From Candidatus Hodarchaeota archaeon (GTDB lineage: Archaea > Asgardarchaeota > Heimdallarchaeia > Hodarchaeales > Hodarchaeaceae): DNA of 24,490 nucleotides. The DNA lies in contig JAEOTM010000090.1 of the NCBI GenBank assembly GCA_016839815.1, positions 1-24,490 on the forward strand. The letters run 5' to 3'. The notes beneath the pieces were generated by a model. That model did no database searches. It saw only the letters and a list, made by a program, of their open reading frames with translations, and was not told the DNA's origin. The translations under genes and the position numbers were made by a program. Shown here piece after piece: positions 9,189-18,100 of this stretch; the stretch's first letter is position 1; each line of letters begins with the position of its first letter.

Positions 9189-10502
9189 CTAACCACTTTC
9201 TTCTTTAATAAAATCTGAAATAAAGTCTCGTTTGTATTTATATCCATGTGATTTTGCCAATCTCGTGAGTAATTTACTCACTGCGCTACCAAATTGTGTA
9301 GCTTTATTTTTTCTCATCGCAATTTCTGCAGGTAGACCCAATGAAATTCCAGTTTGTCTCCAAATGTATTTTTTCATTTGATTCTTCACCTTTAACTCTA
9401 GAGGAATACCCATGGCTATCTCGAAAAGAACAGAGGAAATAAACGGAGTTTTTATGTCAAGATTAAAATGTGAAGATAACCGATAGTTTCTATACATATC
9501 TCGAGTGTAGATTGAAGTTAATTTATCCCTCATGATATCAACTAGTGGTTTATTTTGCTCTAGGTGACGATCTTCAAGAGAAAAACCAATAAACATTTCC
9601 TCTGTTCCAATAGCTGATAAAATGACATCACACAACGCTAATGAAGCCTCTTTAATTCCAAAATACAAAACAATGGCTACTTCTAGCGAAACAACTCTAG
9701 GAACCGTAGAAGTAGTTGAAGAAAAGAGTTTAGTTTGAATAATATCATCAATTTCGTTAATATATCGCTCAATCATAGCTTCATTAACTATAACCGTTTC
9801 TAGTTGGATATCCAAAACTTTAGCAACATTTTGAGCGGCGAGAACATCGGGAGAATTGCTACAGCCAACTACAAATGCTGTAAATGGAATGTGATTTTTT
9901 TTCAATATTTGTGCAATGATTGAGGAATCTACTCCTCCTGAAAAAAAGAGGCCAATTTTCTTGTAAGACTTTATTGAATGTAAGACAGCCGATTCACCTA
10001 CTTTTGATAAAAGATCGACATATCCCAGCTGATCCTTGAGATCTGAAAAAGGAACCAATTGGGATTTAGCTCGTAATTTAAGTGTATTATTGGAGGAGTC
10101 AATTATCAGATATTCACTAGGATTTAGAAGCTTAAACGAATTTTTGAATAGAGAATTTAAGTCTGTTGTCACTATAAAACCGTCATCTGACATACTGTAA
10201 AAAATCGGAACTTTACCATGACGATCCGTGATCACCACGATGTTAGGTTTTACTAAGGGGTAAATAAGACAGAAATCATCCGATATACTAAAAAAATCGT
10301 CTGGAGGAGTATTAGTCAATGAATAGGTATCAGCAATAAGACTAGTAAGAGAGGTCTTCCCATTGCCAGTGTACAAATAGATATTTTCAGAGAATGTTCC
10401 CTTGTTATAAAAAAGGTTAATAGAATCTGAAAATCTCACCCGTGAAAGTTTGGGGAAACTTTCAGTGAAATCATTTGTAGTAAATATTAAGAAAGCTCCC
10501 AC
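9189..10502 (-). CDS. Asparagine synthetase-related ATP pyrophosphatase/amide ligase with a degenerate Ntn glutaminase domain
   Basis: DRHGKVPIFY (Ntn-domain remnant), PP-loop FSGGVDSS, SAIGTEEMFIGF (cf. SGxGADELFxGY), TPF and KATQFGS. The N-terminus is MGAFL with no catalytic Cys. Confidence 0.8.
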   Translation of the reverse strand: MGAFLIFTTNDFTESFPKLSRVRFSDSINLFYNKGTFSENIYLYTGNGKTSLTSLIADTYSLTNTPPDDFFSISDDFCLIYPLVKPNIVVITDRHGKVPIFYSMSDDGFIVTTDLNSLFKNSFKLLNPSEYLIIDSSNNTLKLRAKSQLVPFSDLKDQLGYVDLLSKVGESAVLHSIKSYKKIGLFFSGGVDSSIIAQILKKNHIPFTAFVVGCSNSPDVLAAQNVAKVLDIQLETVIVNEAMIERYINEIDDIIQTKLFSSTTSTVPRVVSLEVAIVLYFGIKEASLALCDVILSAIGTEEMFIGFSLEDRHLEQNKPLVDIMRDKLTSIYTRDMYRNYRLSSHFNLDIKTPFISSVLFEIAMGIPLELKVKNQMKKYIWRQTGISLGLPAEIAMRKNKATQFGSAVSKLLTRLAKSHGYKYKRDFISDFIKEESG

Positions 10503-11264
10503 CTATCTAGCTTGTCTACAAGCAAATATCATATCTTGTGAAGAGGATTCATAAAAGGATTTCTTATGATAATCCCCATATAGTGCTATTTCTATAAAAC
10601 CTGCGTCTTCCAATAGCTGTTTCATTTTATGGATAGTTATACGGGGAATATTAGTCTTGCCAGTTGTCATTAATTCGAAATCAGAATCAGATGATGCACG
10701 AAATAGAGTAACAATTTCTGGTTGAATGAAATTGGGAGTAGTAGTAAATCCACGTAAAAAGATATATTCCCCGTCAACCGTCTGAATATTTCTTGGTGGG
10801 GACCAACCATTCCTTTCTTTCATTGTATTGAGTAATTGGAAAACTAGAATCCCGCCAGGTTCAAGAATACTGCTGAATTTCTTTATTATAGGTTTGTAGG
10901 ATGTGATTGAAGCCGCAATTAAGCCAACAGAATTTCCGAGGCTATAGATAGCATCAAAAGTTCTCTCTTGGATCATTTTTGGATCAAGAAAATCACCAAC
11001 AATGAATTCAGCCTTTGGAAAGAGCATTCTTGCTTTAGCAATCATTGTTGGATCAAGATCTATTCCTAACAAAGAAGACTGGTAACTTTTACTTAATTCA
11101 CCTAGATGTCTTCCAGTTCCGCAACCAACAGAGAGAATTGAACTTTCACTTGTTAAACGATCCGAAAAGAAGTCAAGAAGAAAGGGGACCTCATTCTTTA
11201 ACCTTTTATCCCAATTTATTAATAAATCATAATGGCTCCCACCAGATAACAATGATTTATTCAT
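10503..11264 (-). CDS. Class I SAM-dependent methyltransferase, glycine/sarcosine N-methyltransferase-like
   Basis: YD.LINW..RL..E, LSVGCGTGRH (motif I), GIDL, GDF, FDAIYSLGNS (GNMT-like LGNS) and LEPGGILVF. SD GAGGAG lies upstream. Confidence 0.85.
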   Translation of the reverse strand: MNKSLLSGGSHYDLLINWDKRLKNEVPFLLDFFSDRLTSESSILSVGCGTGRHLGELSKSYQSSLLGIDLDPTMIAKARMLFPKAEFIVGDFLDPKMIQERTFDAIYSLGNSVGLIAASITSYKPIIKKFSSILEPGGILVFQLLNTMKERNGWSPPRNIQTVDGEYIFLRGFTTTPNFIQPEIVTLFRASSDSDFELMTTGKTNIPRITIHKMKQLLEDAGFIEIALYGDYHKKSFYESSSQDMIFACRQAR

Positions 11265-11817
11265 AAGTATTCGTTTTTCTCCTCATATCAAATAGATTTA
11301 GCCTTTAGTAAGAGAAGCTATTCAACTCATCAAAGGGAATTTTCAAGATTCTTTTCCTGCATTTCTTCTGAAAAACAGCATTCCTTTATCTAAAGAATAA
11401 GGAGAAGTTACAATCTTACTTCACTAATTTCTAATTGGAAGTGAGAATTCACACAGAATTGTCCTTCTAAGCCGAATTATCGATTAATGCAAGAACAAAA
11501 ATGCTGGTCAATCGTGGACATTCTTCAACAATAACCATCATTCTTATTTCTTGTTTAAACTTCTTATTAGGTTGCATTTAAGTCTGTGATTACTTCTAAA
11601 ATCCGATTATTCTCTAGAAATGCTTCTTTCGTATCTTCATTCAAAACAATCATTCTATTGATGACTACTCAGGTAATCAATGAACCAAATCTGAGATTAG
11701 AATTCGATAAAAATGAAAAGAAAATAAATAAGTTTTTAAGCCGACTTAAATCATACATTTTTAAATAAAGAATAACTTTGTTCTTACTACAGTAGTTATC
11801 ATATAGAGTCACTTCAA

Positions 11818-12180
11818 ATGCCATTCGACTCATTCTTCAGAGAACTAGAAAAGACCGACAATAGCGGAAACGAAAGAATACTCTGTTATTGTCATCATCC
11901 GAAGGTGGGTCAACTGAAAAAACAATCTGATGGTAACTTCATTTTTGAAGGGGAATGTAGCACCGATAAAGCCTGTTTCAAAATCCAATTTGATTGCAGT
12001 CGAAGTACATCACGAAATCTCCAGATTTTAACAAAAGTAAGTTCTAAAAAGAGAAGAGAGTGGGAAAAACGCCCCACATTGGATAAGTTCTTTAAAAAGG
12101 ATTATATATCCCGTGTAAGTAAAAGGGACATACCAAGTCCTCCTCCACCGCATAATGTTGATAATCCAACGGATTCCTGA
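11818..12180 (+). CDS. Small hypothetical Cys/His-rich protein with a PIP-box-like motif; tail overlaps the thiolase gene on the opposite strand
   Basis: ATG-started ORF that mostly fills otherwise empty intergenic space. Contains CYCHH...C...C...C and RPTLDKFF. The last 79 nt overlap thiolase convergently. Confidence 0.6.
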   Translation: MPFDSFFRELEKTDNSGNERILCYCHHPKVGQLKKQSDGNFIFEGECSTDKACFKIQFDCSRSTSRNLQILTKVSSKKRREWEKRPTLDKFFKKDYISRVSKRDIPSPPPPHNVDNPTDS

Positions 12181-13286
12181 CGTTTTATCATCTCATGTAA
12201 CAGAGTGACTGTAATCCGAGATCCAGTACAGCCTACTGGATGTCCCAAACCAATTCCAGATCCATTTACATTAGCATTCTCTCGATCAAAGCCCATTTCA
12301 CGTTCAGCCGCTAAATAGGTAGCAGCGAAAGCTTCATTGATTTCAATAAGGCCAACGTCATCAAAAGAATATTCAGATACCTTAGAAAATAAATTTTTTG
12401 TCGCAGGTACTGGACCCATGCCCATCCGATCTGGTTCGACTCCTCCAATACCATATCCAACTATTTTTGCTAAAGGTTTTAGACCCAAGTCATCAGCTTT
12501 TGTTTCACTCATAATTAAGACAGCAGCTGCTCCATCATTAATACCTGAAGCATTTCCTGAAGTTACTACCCCATCTTTTTTGAAGACAGGACGCATTTTC
12601 GAGAGCTGTTTGATTGAATAATCACGAGGGTGTTCATCTGCTTCAAAGAGAGTAGTTCCTTTACGGGATTTCAGTTCTATTGGTACAATTTCATCTTTAA
12701 AACGTCCTGAAGAGGTAGCTTTTAATGCATTTTGATGACTACGATATGCTACTTCATCTAATTCCTCTCTAGTTAGCTTAAACTCCTCTGCAAGAATCTC
12801 CGCGGTCAATCCCATTAATTTATCGCCTCCAGCCTTAAGGCCTTCCATGACTCCATCAACAAAGACTTTATCGAAATACCGAGATCCCCAACGCATGTCA
12901 TACGAAAGGTATGGAATTGTACTCATTGACTCAACCCCACCAGCAAGAACAATATCACTTGTGGGGTCAGCTTGGATCTGATGCATGCCAGAAACAATGG
13001 CTTCCATTGCAGATGTACACACACGATTGATGGTAGCTGCGGGAACCTCTTTAGGAATTCCAGCTCTTAAAGCTGCTATCCTGGTTACATTCATATACCG
13101 ATTATCTTCGACACAGCAACCAAATCTGACATCATTGATCTGCTCCGCTAAGTCCTCAATACCTGTTCGTTCAATTGTAGCCTTCATGATAATAGAAGCA
13201 ATATCAGGAGCATGCATATCCTTTAAGGTACCTCCAAAGCTTCCAATTGCAGATCTTGCAGCTTCGACTACTACTACACTTTTCAT
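12102..13286 (-). CDS. Acetyl-CoA C-acyltransferase (thiolase)
   Basis: INRVCTSA (catalytic Cys), GGVESMS, GNASGINDGAAA, EINEAFAA, GHPVGCTG and LCGGGG. SD AGGAG lies upstream. Confidence 0.97.
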   Translation of the reverse strand: MKSVVVVEAARSAIGSFGGTLKDMHAPDIASIIMKATIERTGIEDLAEQINDVRFGCCVEDNRYMNVTRIAALRAGIPKEVPAATINRVCTSAMEAIVSGMHQIQADPTSDIVLAGGVESMSTIPYLSYDMRWGSRYFDKVFVDGVMEGLKAGGDKLMGLTAEILAEEFKLTREELDEVAYRSHQNALKATSSGRFKDEIVPIELKSRKGTTLFEADEHPRDYSIKQLSKMRPVFKKDGVVTSGNASGINDGAAAVLIMSETKADDLGLKPLAKIVGYGIGGVEPDRMGMGPVPATKNLFSKVSEYSFDDVGLIEINEAFAATYLAAEREMGFDRENANVNGSGIGLGHPVGCTGSRITVTLLHEMIKRQESVGLSTLCGGGGLGMSLLLTRDI

Positions 13287-13328
13287 ACAAATTTAACTCC
13301 TAGAAAAAGAGAAGAGAGATATGATATT

Positions 13329-13769
13329 CTATCTCGATTTATTACTATACCCAAACGTTGCTGCTATAGCAGGTGCCACACTATATATTAAAACAAAGAA
13401 ATAAGTATCTAGTAAATAATCCAAATCTAGGGTAACGGTTGAGTCATTAATTAAATCAAAAATTATAGTAGCTATTACTGTTGCTAGAGTAGCAATTAAC
13501 AATGTAATTATGAAGGTAATCGAGACCATTCCAGTTCGTTCACCAGAATCAATGAACAAAGTTGACCCCCAATAAACTACAAAGAGAAACACGAACCAGA
13601 CTATAGCTGAAAAAATATAGTCGACTCTCGTTACAGTAAATATTTCTAGTATTGCCTCTGTAGGAAGTATTTCATCAAGAAGATCATCCACGAATAACTG
13701 TACAAAGTATCCAACGATCACAAAGACAAATGTTCCGACATAGTATGCCATCTTATTGTTTTCTGCCAT
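13329..13769 (-). CDS. Hypothetical integral membrane protein (about 4 TM), probably co-transcribed with thiolase
   Basis: Four hydrophobic segments. Start reassigned to ATG 13769 (MAENNK) behind SD AAGGAG. The gap to thiolase is 42 nt. Confidence 0.75.
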   Translation of the reverse strand: MAENNKMAYYVGTFVFVIVGYFVQLFVDDLLDEILPTEAILEIFTVTRVDYIFSAIVWFVFLFVVYWGSTLFIDSGERTGMVSITFIITLLIATLATVIATIIFDLINDSTVTLDLDYLLDTYFFVLIYSVAPAIAATFGYSNKSR

Positions 13770-13946
13770 TAAAGTAAAACTCCTTATCAACCAATGCAAG
13801 AGATTTGGATAGAAGTGCTTTATAGTAGTTTTCTCTCTTATAGTGGTTTACAAACAAAAATTCAATCAAAATGAAAAATCTTTCTTGCATATAGGAGCGA
13901 ACTCTTACCTTAAACCAATTGGAAAATATCAACTTTTAGAACCTTA

Positions 13947-14729
13947 CTAACATCTTTTCCATTTGGGAAAATAAGGATCCTTGGAACTTTCCTTAAACCG
14001 AATTTTCTCGTCCTTAAACTCTGCAGCAAACTTCTCATTATGCTCTACTAAGTAAGCTGCAAGGGGTAAGTATTTAGATAATGTTTTAGCATTAGGAATC
14101 AAACAATGTCCTCCTACTGCTTGAGCATAAGGTAATAAACAACGATCTCCGGTTGATTCGATAAATTCGGTAATTGTCGTAAGATTTAAGTCATTTTCTT
14201 TTGCTAATTTTGCTACAGCTTGTGTAAATACAATTAAATGCATATAAAAGGTTGTATTCAAATTTTTAGCAAACTCAAGTGACTTCGGATCTTCAACTAC
14301 AAGAGTAACGGGAATTTTCAAGTACTCGAACAATTTGGTTACTTCTTCTCCTACTAATGGATCCGTTGTGGCAACAAATTTCTGAAAATGAAGAATATAG
14401 GGTTTTAGATTCGGATGTGTCCCACGGATTGGACTGTATGCTACACGAGGGAAGAAATCAGCAATTTTCTGAGTCGTTCCGGGATTGATGGTAGAATGAA
14501 TAATTAGTATTGAGTTGGGAGATGTATATTGATTTGTATATTCCTGGGTATACTTAGCAAATTCTGGTGAATCAGGATAGCAAATATGAAGAAAATCAAA
14601 GGTTGAATCTTCATGAGGCTTAAAATCAATATCTAGAACGTCAAATTTATTTCCTGAATCTAGAATAATTTCTTTTATCGCTGTACCTACCTCACCCAAT
14701 CCAATGATCAAATGTGTTGAATTTTCCAT
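13947..14729 (-). CDS. Short UDP-glucose/GDP-mannose dehydrogenase-family protein (NAD-binding plus central domain only)
   Basis: IIGLGEVG Rossmann motif, HSTINPGTT, YSPIRG, EFAKNLNT and GGHCL with the catalytic Cys. It is 260 aa and lacks the C-terminal domain. Confidence 0.8.
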   Translation of the reverse strand: MENSTHLIIGLGEVGTAIKEIILDSGNKFDVLDIDFKPHEDSTFDFLHICYPDSPEFAKYTQEYTNQYTSPNSILIIHSTINPGTTQKIADFFPRVAYSPIRGTHPNLKPYILHFQKFVATTDPLVGEEVTKLFEYLKIPVTLVVEDPKSLEFAKNLNTTFYMHLIVFTQAVAKLAKENDLNLTTITEFIESTGDRCLLPYAQAVGGHCLIPNAKTLSKYLPLAAYLVEHNEKFAAEFKDEKIRFKESSKDPYFPKWKRC

Positions 14730-14890
14730 AAAAATTCCTTTTTAACCCTAGTAGCAATTAGTTCTGCATCCTTAGAAGTAACTTCAAGTATTTTTGTGTT
14801 CATCGGAGAAGAGAATCCGAAAAGTAAGAGAAAGCCATTTTATCAAAAACAATAAAATGTGAAAAGAAGGAAAAATAGTGTAAAAGGACA

Positions 14891-17287
14891 CTAAATTTTT
14901 CTATTCTTCAGGAAGAGAACACAAATAGCAATACCAGAAATGGTCCAAATCCAATGGAAACCAGGAGCGCTACTGCCACCCAAATCTGGTTCTTTAGTCA
15001 TGACTAAAAGTTGTGTGGGAACACGTGTTAATGTGATATTCAGAGATGAAAGTTCTCCGGGATATAATGGATATGTATACAAGATTATATAAACAAAATC
15101 TTCATCAGTTGCTGCACCAAACCCTGTAGTTACATTGCCTATTTCAGTATAATCACTAGGCATATCCCATTGATCACTGACTAAGTAATCAACTTCATGA
15201 CTTGTAAGGCCAACACTTCGAATATTCTGAATAATAACAGGAGAAAAAGGTAGAGTTAAGTTGGTGAAATGAAGCTCCACATCAGTCCAATTCATCCATT
15301 CAACAGGAACTTTGATAATCCAATTAGGGGATTCAGTAGTGTCAATGAGAAGATTTGTTTGATTAACATCATTTTCAAACCATATGTCTTCGATATATGA
15401 ATATGCTTCCTGGTCGCTTGTAAATATATCATAATAACAGAAACTTTCATAGGGTAGAGTTACTGACCCATTATCAAGGCTTGAATCTACAGTCAGATAG
15501 TATTGACCAGAAGAACTCGCAAAAGTAGCTTCTACAGGAATGGTGAATACTTTCTGTTTATAGTCGGAACTAGAGGAATATACCTGTGTTGTTATATGTT
15601 GGGCTACATGCTTAGGAGTACCATCAATTATCGCAAACAAATTAATAGCTAATTTATGATATATGTTTTCTCCTGCATGTTGTGCCACCAAATCATTACT
15701 AGCATTAAAGGCAAAACCAACTAAAGCATCCCAGAACAGTTGTTTTTGATAAAACAAATTAGTATAACTAAATAAATGTCCTTTTGTTGCACCAGGTAAA
15801 TCTTCATAAATATCAAATGTTAGCTGGTCTGAATCAACATAAGCATTGGGAGAACTAAGACTATAGGGTGGGGTCATATCTCCTGCATCTCTTAGCTCTC
15901 GAGATGCAAGCGCATTATTCTTAGCAACAGTTATTTCAAACCAAGCTTCCTCTGAAAGACTATTTTCAAGTAGTAGATAGGTAGTTGTCTCATACACAAA
16001 CAGGTTGGTGAGCTTTGTATTAGTCCCCTTCAAATTTGATTCCAAAGTAACATATGGTTTATGGGGATATCCAAGTACATTTGTTATTGTAACTCCATTG
16101 GACTCAGAAGTAAGTTGTACCTGGACACTAGTGGGAGTTGAGACATTAAATTTAAAAAATTCTTTTTCATTTACCCTGAGTTTATCTGAATGATTGATAT
16201 TAAGGTAGAGAGATTTAGCAGTAAATTTTTCAACTCCAAGTAGGTATCGTGCCGTTCCTTCATGAATGATTAACATATATTCAGGACGTTTGGAATCCTG
16301 GGCTAAATTTAAACCGAAAGAGCCAGAGTAGCCAGTATTGTTCTCGTTTGGAGCAAAGTGAGCATTGTAAGTGGAACCTCTAATATTCTCAAAATGATGG
16401 AAAAGAATATCTCCAGCCTTAGGAGAGTATTTATACCAATCAAAAGTAAGTATTGCTTCATTAATTTCTTTTTGGGAAAGCTGTGAATCAGGTGTACCGA
16501 TAATCTGAAGTTGTAACTCATCATCAACATCTAATACTTCTGGTTTATATGTAGAGGTCTGAATGTTAAAGAAAAGCTTTTGATCGGTGGGTTTGATGAG
16601 GACTACGTACTTGCCTTTTTTCTCAGCAATCAGAAGAAAATATTCATCATCACCTTTAGTGTATTTACTATATTGAACAGGAGCTCCATTAGGATCAAGA
16701 ATAATAAATTCCTCATATCGTGAGCCCATTCCTGGGTCGGGGAAAACATTTAATCGAATAGAAAATGGGCCTGTGGAACTAATAGATATTTGTAAATAAA
16801 AATTGAATTCGGGATCGACTTCGAAGAGTTCATCACTATTATCATCCATCGCAAAAGCAGTATGGTTTGTTGAAACCTGAAAATCACCAAATGACTCAGA
16901 GGAAACATTATCAAAAAGCAACCAGCTAGTTGTTCCATAATCAATTCCTCCGCTCCCTGAGAACGGAGCAGTTGGTACAGCATAGTTTATTGGAAAAGCA
17001 TTTGAGGCTTCCTCTATGTCAGGGATTGAAAAACTCTTCATTTTATCATTAACAATGGTCCTATGTGAGATACTTACTGGACGAGAAGATGAAAGAGTCA
17101 TACTAGGCATATCAGTAGAAGGAACAAGAGCAACAGCTTTCCTAGGATGATTTACGGATAGATCTACTGAAATAGACTCGTTTTTATCAGAACTAGCTCC
17201 CAAGGCTAGTGGAGTGACAAACGAAGTCACAAATACAAGCATAAGAATAAATGGTATTAAATGGTTTAACGATCGAGTTTTTTGCAT
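14891..17287 (-). CDS. Large secreted/surface protein with beta-sandwich (PPC-like) segments and a PGF-CTERM-like tail
   Basis: Signal peptide, beta-rich segments such as ILDPNG...GKYVVLIKP and EKEFFKFNV, many N-x-S/T sequons and C-terminal SAPGFHWIWTISGIAICVLFLKNRKI. Confidence 0.8.
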   Translation of the reverse strand: MQKTRSLNHLIPFILMLVFVTSFVTPLALGASSDKNESISVDLSVNHPRKAVALVPSTDMPSMTLSSSRPVSISHRTIVNDKMKSFSIPDIEEASNAFPINYAVPTAPFSGSGGIDYGTTSWLLFDNVSSESFGDFQVSTNHTAFAMDDNSDELFEVDPEFNFYLQISISSTGPFSIRLNVFPDPGMGSRYEEFIILDPNGAPVQYSKYTKGDDEYFLLIAEKKGKYVVLIKPTDQKLFFNIQTSTYKPEVLDVDDELQLQIIGTPDSQLSQKEINEAILTFDWYKYSPKAGDILFHHFENIRGSTYNAHFAPNENNTGYSGSFGLNLAQDSKRPEYMLIIHEGTARYLLGVEKFTAKSLYLNINHSDKLRVNEKEFFKFNVSTPTSVQVQLTSESNGVTITNVLGYPHKPYVTLESNLKGTNTKLTNLFVYETTTYLLLENSLSEEAWFEITVAKNNALASRELRDAGDMTPPYSLSSPNAYVDSDQLTFDIYEDLPGATKGHLFSYTNLFYQKQLFWDALVGFAFNASNDLVAQHAGENIYHKLAINLFAIIDGTPKHVAQHITTQVYSSSSDYKQKVFTIPVEATFASSSGQYYLTVDSSLDNGSVTLPYESFCYYDIFTSDQEAYSYIEDIWFENDVNQTNLLIDTTESPNWIIKVPVEWMNWTDVELHFTNLTLPFSPVIIQNIRSVGLTSHEVDYLVSDQWDMPSDYTEIGNVTTGFGAATDEDFVYIILYTYPLYPGELSSLNITLTRVPTQLLVMTKEPDLGGSSAPGFHWIWTISGIAICVLFLKNRKI

Positions 17288-17654
17288 TACATTAACTCTC
17301 CATTATATTAGTCATTGAAATAAACCTTGAAGGATATTTTAAGAAGGTATCCAATTAAACTCAGTTAATCTTCGAGAATGAGCAGAAAGATCATGATATA
17401 TATCATCCATCAGCTCAAAATGGAATTATACTAGTGTTTAGACAACAGTTTCTTGAGTGAAGAAATAAGAAATCAGAGAGGATCTGGGAAAATCGCATTA
17501 GGAAGAGCAGAGGAGCTTTTGTTCCAAAAATCCGAGTTCAAGAGGAATTATTTCGCAATACTTTAATATAACAAAACCATTAAAAACGATACAAGTAGAA
17601 ATTACTTAAGCCATTTAGGTGAATCGATTGCTAGAGAATGACGATGCTGAAATT

Positions 17655-18020
17655 ATGGATAGGTTGGCAGAAATTGAAAGAATTCTGAAAGACGTACAAA
17701 GTAGAATTCCAGACCTAGAAGGACTTGCTGTTGTAACAAGAGATGGGTTACCTATTGCGAGTGCCCTCTATACTAATACTGATGAAGATCGTATCTCTGC
17801 CATGACAGCAGCTAGCTTATCGCTATCAGAAAGAGTGGTTGTTGAATTAGAGAGAGGGATCATGGAACAGGTGATTATTACTGGATCAAATGGTTTGGTT
17901 ATCATTCGTGATTCAGGTGAACATGCAGTTCTAGTAGGTATCGCACGAATCGATGCAAAATTAGGGTTAATTCTTTTGGATATGAAACGTGCAGCTAAAA
18001 AACTAGCCTCTATGATTTAG
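17655..18020 (+). CDS. Roadblock/LC7 (MglB-like) domain protein
   Basis: EGLAVVTRDGLPIAS, ISAMTAA.LSLSER...EL.RG.MEQV.I.G.NG and KLGLILLDMKR. The start is ATG 17655 or GTG 17619. Confidence 0.93.
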   Translation: MDRLAEIERILKDVQSRIPDLEGLAVVTRDGLPIASALYTNTDEDRISAMTAASLSLSERVVVELERGIMEQVIITGSNGLVIIRDSGEHAVLVGIARIDAKLGLILLDMKRAAKKLASMI

Positions 18021-18065
18021 TTTTTTAATCCAATCAGTATTGACGGGAGTTAAATAAACACTCCC
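18021..18065 (+). terminator. T-tract plus short hairpin downstream of the roadblock gene
   Basis: TTTTTT at 18021-18026 and GGGAGT(18045-50)-9 nt loop-ACTCCC(18060-65). Confidence 0.45.
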
Positions 18066-18100
18066 TGTACAAACATTTTTATAGTTTTAATCCTTTCAGA

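Noticed and set aside
11265-11817. Lasso/RiPP precursor for the AsnB-like enzyme in the 550-nt gap (short ORFs such as MQPNKKFKQ..., and 11586-11768)
   Set aside because: There is no Thr(-2)/Gly1/acidic 7-9 pattern, and no B1/B2 peptidase or RRE gene in the window. The ORFs look like chance products of AT-rich DNA.
18041-18070. TGAC-stem-AAA loop hairpin as a eukaryote-like SECIS element
   Set aside because: The 3' side lacks the GA of the quartet (it reads CTGTAC), the stem is only 6 bp, and I found no in-frame UGA selenoprotein candidate nearby.
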